Source: an uncultured Candidatus Peribacteria bacterium | Lineage (GTDB): Bacteria > Patescibacteriota > Gracilibacteria > CAIRYL01 | Assembly (NCBI GenBank): GCA_964509985.1 | Contig: CAZDZQ010000007.1 | Coordinates: 2,139-66,138 of the forward strand | Length of the DNA: 64,000 nt | Reading direction: 5' to 3' | Shown: one piece after another, positions 48,702 to 58,200 of the stretch | How positions within the stretch are numbered: the stretch's first letter is position 1 | How the letters are laid out: each line of letters starts with the position of its first letter | Translations under genes and position numbers: made by a program | Notes under the pieces: model-generated | Told to the model about the DNA's origin: nothing | Seen by the model: the letters and a program-made list of their open reading frames with translations, nothing else | Databases searched by the model: none

Positions 48702-51272
48702 ATGAAAAAAGAAATTAAAAGTAAAGAATTTATAAATATAATCGACAGAATTAAAAAAAAATTACCAAATCAAAAAAATAGCAGAGATAAAGAATTTATA
48801 GCAATAAGAATTTATTTAGAGTCAAAAAACAAATTAAATTCGGATCAGTTAGAAGAAATTAAAGATATTTTGTGGTCTAGGATTAAGTATATTAAAAAGA
48901 AAATTGCTAACGAAAGAATAAATATTAAATTTATTGAAAGAGAAAAAAGAGAAAAAAGAGAAAAAAAACAAAAAGTTATAGTAAAAGAAATCCTTCCAAT
49001 TCTTGAGTCTTTTGATTTTTTTAAAGCAGATAAATTATTTATTGAAAATAAAAAAGTTTTTAATAAACCTCCGTTTACTAAATTGACATACGAAAAAGAA
49101 AAAGCGAAAAATATTCAAAAATATTTTGAAGAAAAATTTGTAAAAAAGGGAATAATTGAGAATGCTCCTGATTTAGAGCAAGCAGAAGCAATTGGAGCAT
49201 TAGGAAAAAATATTTTAGTTTCAGCTCGTGCAGGATCAGGAAAAACACAAACAATTTCTGGAAAAGTTGCCTTTTTAGTAAATAAATATGATGTAAAACC
49301 AGGTGAAATTTTAGTACTGTGTTTTAATAAAAGTGCTGAAGAAAATATGAAAAAAAGAATACAAAAATTTATTCCAGATTTTCAGAATGCAAAAACTTTT
49401 CATAGTTTATGTTGGTTAATTGTTTCTCCTGAAAAAGGATCTGTTTTATTTGATAATGATGGAGAGTTTTCTCCTAAAAAATACTCAGATTTTGTAAAAA
49501 AAATAATTGAAGACTATGAAAAAAAATATCCTGAATTTAAAAAAAAAATTTATAATTTTTTTCGAGAAGAATATGAAAAGTTAGATGAAAACTTATCTGA
49601 AACTAAATCTTTTGAAAATAAAAAAGAACGATATTTATATTTACGAAATCAAACAGAAACAACATTAAGTGGAGTAAATGTGAAATCCAGAGGTGAAAAA
49701 TGGATTGCGGATTTTCTTTTTGAACACGGTATTGAATTTTACTATGAACAACAATTTAGTTGGGAAAAACTAGATGAGAAGAGTTATTATCATCCTGATT
49801 TTACAATAAAAGTTGGTGATAAAAAATATATTTTAGAGCATTGGGGGATTGATGAAAATGACCCTAAAAAAGAAGTTCCTGATTTCTGGACAAAAACATG
49901 GGAGGAGTACAAAAAAGAAATGGCAAATAAACGAAATTATTTTAAAAATAATGATAAATATAAAGATAAATTTATAGAGACTTCTATTTGTGATATAGAT
50001 TATGCTTTAGATATAAAAGAACAAAGATTTGAATTTGAGAAAATTTTAAGATCAAGATTAGAAAAAAAAGGAATAAAATGTAAAAAATTATCAACAAACG
50101 AATTAATCAAAAAAGCTTGGGAGAAGCAATTATTTACACGATTAAATACATTGATTTGTCAATTTATTGGTTGGATGCAAAAACTTGAATGGGAAGAGAA
50201 AGATTTAACTGAGGAGTTAAAAAAGGGTATATATAATGAAAAACAAAAAGTATTTTGTGAAATAGGACTGAAAATCTACGAAAAATATAAAGCAGAATTA
50301 GAAAAAGAAAAAAAAATAGATTTTAATATTTTAGTGTCAAAAGCGATACAGAAAATAAAAAATGGAGAATTTTGTGTATCTCAATTTAAACATATTTTAA
50401 TTGATGAATTTCAAGATTTTTCACAATTGTTTCAAAATTTAATTGATGTAATTAGAGATAAAAATCAAAATGTAAATTTATTCTGCGTTGGTGATGATTG
50501 GCAACTTATAAACGGATTTGCAGGTTCTGATGAAAAATTTTTTAGAAAGTTTAAAGAAAAAGCTAATACAAGAATAATTTCAACTTGTTACAGAAGTACT
50601 CTAAAAGTTATTGAAAATGGAAATAATTTTGCAAAAAAATATAAGAAAACTTTTATTGGAAAAGAATCAAAAAACAACAAACGTAATAAAGGAGAAATTA
50701 AAAATATATATATTGATAAAGTTTATATAGAAAATAATGCAAGAAATAAAAAAGCAGACGCAGACAATGAATTTAAAGAATATTTCAGAATAGATACAAA
50801 AGAAAAAGATGAAAAATTCTTATCATCTAGCGATTATATAAAAGTAAGATATTTAAAAAAATGTTTTGAAATTATAGAAAATAATCCAGATAAATCTTTT
50901 TTATTTCTTGCCAGAAAAAAAAGATTAAAAGGATTAGATTTATATAAATTTTTTGATAAAGATTTTAATAAAGAAGATTCTTATTTAGCAAAAGTTTTAA
51001 AAGTAAAAGAAATTAAATTTCCTAATAATTTAAAATTTCAAACAATGCATTCTTCAAAAGGACTTGAAGCAGATATTGTAATACCTCTTGATATTTGCGA
51101 AAAAACAATTCCATCAATTCATCCATCAAATGAATTATTTGAGATCTTTGGACGAACGCATGATAAAATTTTAGATGAAGAAAAAAGACTTTTTTATGTA
51201 GCTATTACGAGAGCTAAAGAAAAATTATTTATTCTAACTGAACAAGGAAACGAAAGTGAATTTATTGTATGA
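48702..51272 (+). CDS. UvrD/Rep (helicase IV-like) SF1 helicase with K/E-rich N-terminal region and embedded restriction-endonuclease-fold module
   Basis: 856 aa. REKREKREKKQK. Motif I SARAGSGKTQT, Ia VLCFNKSA, II ILIDEFQDF, III CVGDDWQLINGFAGSD, CYRS, MHSSKGLEAD, VI RLFYVAITRAKEKLFIL. Insert at about 49680-49860: SRGEKWIADFLFEHGIEFYYE...YYHPDFTIKVGDKKYILEHWG. Confidence 0.75.
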   Translation: MKKEIKSKEFINIIDRIKKKLPNQKNSRDKEFIAIRIYLESKNKLNSDQLEEIKDILWSRIKYIKKKIANERINIKFIEREKREKREKKQKVIVKEILPILESFDFFKADKLFIENKKVFNKPPFTKLTYEKEKAKNIQKYFEEKFVKKGIIENAPDLEQAEAIGALGKNILVSARAGSGKTQTISGKVAFLVNKYDVKPGEILVLCFNKSAEENMKKRIQKFIPDFQNAKTFHSLCWLIVSPEKGSVLFDNDGEFSPKKYSDFVKKIIEDYEKKYPEFKKKIYNFFREEYEKLDENLSETKSFENKKERYLYLRNQTETTLSGVNVKSRGEKWIADFLFEHGIEFYYEQQFSWEKLDEKSYYHPDFTIKVGDKKYILEHWGIDENDPKKEVPDFWTKTWEEYKKEMANKRNYFKNNDKYKDKFIETSICDIDYALDIKEQRFEFEKILRSRLEKKGIKCKKLSTNELIKKAWEKQLFTRLNTLICQFIGWMQKLEWEEKDLTEELKKGIYNEKQKVFCEIGLKIYEKYKAELEKEKKIDFNILVSKAIQKIKNGEFCVSQFKHILIDEFQDFSQLFQNLIDVIRDKNQNVNLFCVGDDWQLINGFAGSDEKFFRKFKEKANTRIISTCYRSTLKVIENGNNFAKKYKKTFIGKESKNNKRNKGEIKNIYIDKVYIENNARNKKADADNEFKEYFRIDTKEKDEKFLSSSDYIKVRYLKKCFEIIENNPDKSFLFLARKKRLKGLDLYKFFDKDFNKEDSYLAKVLKVKEIKFPNNLKFQTMHSSKGLEADIVIPLDICEKTIPSIHPSNELFEIFGRTHDKILDEEKRLFYVAITRAKEKLFILTEQGNESEFIV

Positions 51273-51365
51273 AAAAACACCTCTTCATCAGTGGCTCAAT
51301 GAGCATAAAAACTTTACCTCTACTTATACAAAAAATTTTATTTTCAACCATTTAAAAAAAACACC

Positions 51366-51878
51366 ATGAAACTAAACCTTAAATCATTATTCTTATTTTA
51401 CTCAAAATATATTTTTGCATTTTGCATAATATTTTTTTTAGATTTTATTACAAAAATTTTAGCAAAAATATTTTTATCAGATTTTAAAAGCATAGAAATT
51501 ATTCCAAATTTATTTAATTTAAAATTGGCATTCAATACAGGAGTTGCATTTTCTGCACCTGTTCCATATTTTTTACAAATTATATCTGGAGGACTAATGC
51601 TGGGAGGAATTTTTTGGTGGGCTAGAAATTATTTTGAAGAAATTTCTGTTGGAGAAAAATGGGGAACTACTTTGCTACTAGCAGGGGCAAGTGGGAATTT
51701 ATGGGAAAGAATTATATCCCAACATGTTACAGATTTTTTGTATTTTTATCACAATATTTTTTTTACATTACATTTTCCAATTTTTAATATAGCCGATATT
51801 TCTATATTTTTTGGAGTAATGTTGTGGTTTTTTTATTCTGTATCAGACGGTAATAATCCCAAACCAAACTCACTATAA
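51366..51878 (+). CDS. lspA: Lipoprotein signal peptidase (signal peptidase II)
   Basis: 170 aa. NTGVAFS, GASGNLWERI, VTDFL, FNIADISIFFGV. Confidence 0.85.
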   Translation: MKLNLKSLFLFYSKYIFAFCIIFFLDFITKILAKIFLSDFKSIEIIPNLFNLKLAFNTGVAFSAPVPYFLQIISGGLMLGGIFWWARNYFEEISVGEKWGTTLLLAGASGNLWERIISQHVTDFLYFYHNIFFTLHFPIFNIADISIFFGVMLWFFYSVSDGNNPKPNSL

Positions 51879-51952
51879 AATTATTTTTTGATATTTCTAA
51901 AAATACATGCCTAATATATGGAACCATATTTAACGGAACCTAAATTCAAGAA

Positions 51953-52075
51953 CTAAACCGAACAAGAAGTAAAAACAGAAAGTGGTGATTCAAAATTTAA
52001 TAATTTTCGTGGTCTAGTGTTTAATTTATGCACTATATCATCAAGAGTATCTTGAATTATTTCTTTAAAAATTAC
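51953..52075 (-). pseudogene. IS30-family transposase, C-terminal ~40-codon remnant
   Basis: Minus-strand frame VIFKEIIQDTLDDIVHKLNTRPRKLLNFESPLSVFTSCSV-TAG, bounded upstream by TGA. LN.RPRK.L.f.(T/S)P..VF is the conserved IS30 transposase C-terminal block. No catalytic DDE part remains. Confidence 0.5.
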
Positions 52076-52153
52076 TCATGAACATAGGTGGTAAAATAGT
52101 TTAGATTAATTCATTTCTATTTTACTACCTTGTTCGTTTCTATTCTAGAATAT

Positions 52154-52194
52154 AAAAAAAACTACCAGAAAAGAAATTATCTTTTCTGGTAGTT
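52154..52194 (-). terminator. Rho-independent terminator after the giant surface protein gene
   Basis: aactaccagaaaag / cttttctggtagtt perfect 14-bp stem. The minus strand shows a run of about eight T after it. Lies 27 nt from the stop at 52221. Confidence 0.8.
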
Positions 52195-52220
52195 TATATA
52201 ACTATAATATTTTAAATATC

Positions 52221-55200
52221 TTATTCATATTTAGAATTTCCATATTCTGCATTATCATATTCATTATTTGTAGCATTGACTGTTACCGTAACCGTAGCCT
52301 CTGAACCATCTTTTCCATCTTTTGGAATATATTTAAATGTATCTGTTCCTTCAAATCCTGAATTTGCAGTATATTCAATATTTTTACCATTAATTTCAAC
52401 AGTACCATTTGCTGGATTTTGACTAATAGAAGAAATAAACAATTCATCATCTTCTGCATCTGTATCATTATCCAAAACTGCAATTGAAACCATTTGAGTT
52501 CCTGCTGTTTCTGCCGTATCATCTACACCTTCTGGTGGTTGATTACAATCTTCTCCATAAGCATTTGAACCATAAGTAGCTGTTCCATAATTAGATTCTG
52601 CACACAGCTCAACTGTTGAATCTACTGTTGCTTCATTTCCTGCAACATCTATTGCTGTAGCTGTAGCAGTTTCTCCTTCTGTTGCTGCTGGATCAAGAAC
52701 ACATTCCCATTTTCCATCAACATCTGATGTTGTTGAACATGTAGCACCACTTGGAGTTGTTACAACAATTGTAGAATTTGGATCTGCAGTTCCTCTTGCA
52801 GGATTACCTGTTGTTGGATCTGTAAGCGTTACTTCTACAACAGTATCAATTGTAATATTTGTATCAGGAGATGCATTTGACTCATTCCCTGCTAAATCAA
52901 CTTCTTTCACTGTAATTACATAATTTCCATCTGTAAGTGCTGGATTTATTGTAACAACTGGAGTATCTGTGTCTGCAGTACATGTTGCAGTCGTATTTGC
53001 TACACCATCAACATAAATAGTTAATGTAGAATCTTTTTCCGTACAAACAAGACTAATGTCTGGGGTTGTATCAGAAGTAATATTATCTGCATGACTTGAA
53101 CCCGAATCGGTTGCATCTGTCATATTTGGACCAACTGCGGGATCTGTGATTGTAGAATCAATTATAACAGTAAGAGCTAGAGATTTATCAGACTCTGTTC
53201 CTTCAGGGGTTTCTGTAAATGTAATAGAATAATCTCCATCCGTAAGTGCTGGATTTATTGTAATAATTGGCTCATCTGCATCTGATGAACAGCTTGCTGT
53301 TCCTACTGAAACATCATTTGCATATACAGTAATTGTTGCATTTTCTTGAGTACATTGAGTTTTTATATCTGGAGTTGTATCAGATGTAATATTATCTGTA
53401 TTACTAACTCCTGAATCAGTTTCATCTGTCATATCTGGTGCAGATTGAGCAGAAAGAGTAACAGTTGTTGTCGCTGTTTTTTCATTTCCTGCAATATCTG
53501 TAGATGTAATTGAAATATTTTCGCCATTTGTTGGCTCTGGAGATAATACACAAGACCAATTTCCATCTGAATCAACAACTGTAGTACATGTTGAACCACT
53601 TGTTGTTGTCGTAATAACAGTTGCATCTTTTTCTCCTGTTCCTATTATTGGATTTCCATTTGTAGGAGATACTATAGAAACTTCTGTTGCTGTATCAATA
53701 ATTACTTCTGCTGTTGAAGAAACTACAGATTCATTTCCTGCTAAATCAACTTCTTTACTTGCAAGTTGATATGTTCCATCTGTTAATTCTGTGGTAGGAG
53801 TAAGAGTAACTATATCTCCTGCATTTGTACATGTTGCAGTCGTTGTATCATCTCCATTTACAACAAGTGCAATAACAGAACCAGCTTCTTTACATACAAC
53901 CTCAATACTTGGGGTAGTATTAGATGTAATATTATCTGTATTACTCACACCTGTATCAGAATCATCTTTAAGATTTGGTGCATCTGCAGTTGCAATAGTT
54001 GCATCAACTGTAACAGTAAGATTTGGTGATAAAGGTGATGCTACGCCTTCTATAGTTTCTGTATAATTTATAACATGATCTCCATCTGCCAATTCAACAT
54101 TTGCTGTAATAGCTGGTGTAGAATCTGCAGTATCACATGTCGCAGTTCCAATATTTGTTCCATCTGAATACAATGTAAGTGTTGAACCAGCACTTAAACA
54201 TGTAAGTGTAAATTCTGGAGTTGTATCAGATGTAATATTATCTGTATTACTTACTCCTGTATCTGATGCATCTACAAGATTTGGAGCAGTAACTGGACCT
54301 TCTTCATCATCAAGATAATTTGGAATTCCGTCACCATCCACATCTCCAGCACCCTCATCTTTATCAAGTTTTGTATCACCATCAGAATCAGTATCTATAT
54401 AATTCGGTTTTCCATCTCCGTCTGTATCAAGTGGATTTTCAGGATCTGCTCCTACTTCATCTTTATCCAAAATTCCATCATTATCAGAATCGGTATCTTG
54501 GAAATTTGGAATTCCATCTGCATCTGTATCTGTATTTCCCTCTACAGAATCAAGAATACCATCTCCATCACTATCTGTATCTTTTGCATCAATAATTCCA
54601 TCTGAATCTGTATCTGTAACAACAGATGAAGTTGCATCTGATTCATCAGCATTTGTAATACCATCTGAATCTGTATCTAAATCTCCATCATTTATTCCAT
54701 CATTATCTGAATCTTGTAATAAAGGATTTGTTCCTAGAATAGCTTCATCACTATCACTTACTCCATCTCCATCATCATCTGTATCTGCTGAATTTGCAAT
54801 ACCATCTCCATCTGGATCTCCAGCAGGACCATCATTATCATTTTCATCAAGATAATTTAAAATTCCATCATTATCTGTATCTTCTGCACCTTCTTCTTCA
54901 TCAGATTTTCCATCTCCATCACTATCTGTATCTTTATAATTTGGAATTCCATCTCCGTCTGTATCAATTGGATTTTCAGGATCTGATCCTACTTCTATGT
55001 TATCATTAATATCATCTCCATCAGAATCAACAGAAAGGTAATCTGGAGTTCCATCATTATCTGTATCTGTTGGATGTGCAGAATCTGAACCAACTTCATC
55101 TTTATCTAAAATTCCATCATTATCTGAATCGGTATCTTGTGAATTAGGAATACCATCTCCATCTGCATCTCCATTTCCTTCATCTTTATCCAAAATTCCA

Positions 55201-58200
55201 TCATTATCTGAATCGGTATCTTGTGAATCAGGAATACCATCTCCATCTGCATCTCCATTTCCTTCTACACTATCCAACACTCCATCATTATCACTATCTT
55301 CATCAAGATAATTTGGAATTCCATCATTATCTGTATCTTCTGGATTTGTAGCATCATCTCCTACTTCTTCAGAATCTGGAATTCCATCTCCATCACTATC
55401 TAAATCTTGTGAATTTGGAACACCATCTTCGTCACTATCTTTATTTCCTTCAACACTATCTAAAATTCCATCATTATCTGAATCGGTATCAAGAGAATCA
55501 ATTGTTCCATCATTATCTGTATCTGTTTTATTTGAAGAATCTGATGATTCATCTTTATTTTTAATACCATCTCCATCTGCATCTTCATCTCCATCTGATA
55601 TACCGTCACCATCGGTATCTGATTTTAATGGATCCGTTCCAAGGATTGCCTCATCTGCATCACTTACACCGTCCCCATCATCATCATTATCAGGATTTGT
55701 ATCATCTTGGTTTAATTTTCCATCTCCATCTAAATCTCCTGTTGGACCGTCTTCATCATTACTATCTAAATAATTTGGGATACCATCTCCATCATTATCC
55801 TCAGAACCCTCATCTTTATCCAAAATTCCATCATTATCTGAATCGGTATCTTGTGAATTAGGAATACCATCTCCATCTGCATCTCCATTTCCTTCATCTT
55901 TATCCAAAATTCCATCATTATCTGAATCGGTATCTTGTGAATCTGGAATTCCATCTCCATCTACATCTCCATTTCCTTCTACACTATCTAAAATTCCATC
56001 ATTATCACTATCTTCATCAAGATAATTTGGAATTCCATCATTATCTGTATCTTCTGGATTTGTAGCATCATCTCCTACTTCTTCAGAATCTGGAATTCCA
56101 TCATTATCACTATCTGTATCTTGTGAATTAATAATTCCATCATTATCACTATCTAAAGCACCTTCGTTTTCATCAGAAATACCATCTCCATCACTATCTA
56201 AATCTTGTGAATTTGGAATACCATCTCCATCAATATCTCCAGAACCTTCAACATTATCTAAAATACCATCTCCATCAGAATCTGTATCTTTATAATTAGG
56301 AATACCATCTCCATCTGTATCTCCAGAACCTTCATCTTTATCCAAAATTCCATCATTATCTGAATCCGTATCTTTATAATTTGGTTTTCCATCATTATCA
56401 CTATCCTCACTTCCTTCTACAGAATCTGGAATTCCATCATTATCTGAATCGGTATCTTGTGAATCCATCAATCCATCAGTATCTGAATCTACAATTCCTT
56501 CTGCACTATCCAAAATTCCATCATTATCTGAATCGGTATCTCTAAAGTTTTCTTTTCCATCTCCGTCAATATCACTAGAACCTTCTATTTTATCTAAAAT
56601 TCCATCATTATCTGAATCGGTATCTAAAGAATCTATAATTCCATCATTATCAGAATCCACATTTCCTTCAATAGAATCTAGAATTCCATCATTATCACTA
56701 TCAGTATCTGCAAAATTTGCAATTCCATCATTATCTGTATCACTTAATACATTTGAATTTTCATTAGACTCATCTTTGTTTAATATTCCATCTCCATCTG
56801 TATCTTCATATCCATCATTAATACCATCGCCATCTGTATCTGGATTTATTGCTGATAAATCAGAAGCATTTTCATCTACATCAGAAATACCATCTCCATC
56901 ATCATCTGTATCAACATTATTACTTACTCCATCTCCATCTAAATCCCCAGTTGGACCATCTACATCATTTTCATCAAGATAATTTGAAATACCATCCCCA
57001 TCATCATCTCCTGTTCCTTCTGCTAAATCTCCTTTTCCATCATTATCAGAATCTGTATCCTGTGAATTAATAATTCCGTCATTATCCAAATCACCACTTC
57101 CTTCCAGAGAATCTGCAATACCATCTCCATCAGAATCTAAATCTCTAAAATTTGGTTGTCCATCTCCATCAATATCACCAAAACCCTCTATAGAATCTGG
57201 AATAGTATCTGCATCTGAATCTGTATCTACAGCATCTATTGTTCCATCTCCATCGGTATCTGTTTTATTAGACGAAGTTTGATCTGACTCTTGAGCATTT
57301 GTAAGCCCATCTCCATCAGCATCCTCCAAACCATCAGGAATTCCGTCATTATCAGTATCAGCATTATATACTTCTGTTCCTAATGCAATTTCATCACTAT
57401 CAGAAACTCCATCATTATCATCATCCGTATCAATATTATTTGGAGTTCCGTCATTATCAAAATCTCCATCTGCTCCATCATTTGGATTATCATCTAAATA
57501 ATCTGGAATACCGTCTCCATCAATATCAGAACTTCCTTCTGTTTTTGTTGGAACACCATCTCCATCATCATCTGTATCTTTATAATCTTTAATACCGTCA
57601 GAATCTGTATCTTTATTTCCCTCTGTACTATCTGGAATACCATCTCCATCACTATCTGTATCAAGATAATTTGGAATATTATCTCCATCTAAATCATCAG
57701 AACCTTCATCTTTATCCAAAATTCCATCTCCATCACTATCTGTATCTTGAAAATCAGGAGTTCCATCATTATCAGTATCTGCAGAACCTTCATCTTTATC
57801 TAAAATTCCATCATTATCTGAATCTTCATCTTTTATATCAATAATTCCATCTCCATCTGTATCCGTAGAAGTTGGAGAATTAGCATCAGACTCTTTTTTA
57901 TCAGGAATCCCATTATTATTAGAATCTTCATCTCCATCTAATACTCCATCATCATCAGAATCTGCATCATATGGATTAGTTCCTAATATCAATTCATCTG
58001 CATCAGAAATTCCATCATTATCATCATCTGTATCTTCATTTGCAGGATCATCATCATTGTTATTTGGAATACCATCACCATCAAAATCTCCAGTTGGACC
58101 ATCATTATCATTTGAATCTAAACTATTTGGAACACCATCTCCATCACTATCTGTAAATCCTTCAGATTGATCAGGCTTTCCATCTCCATCACTATCTGTA

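Noticed and set aside
46095-51365. Direct or inverted repeats flanking the helicase pair that would mark a discrete mobile insertion or att site
   Set aside because: Visual comparison of 46095-46115 with 51273-51365 showed nothing beyond trivial A-rich strings (aaaaacacc occurs twice within the right spacer). No integrase or tRNA gene is nearby, so mobility rests only on context.
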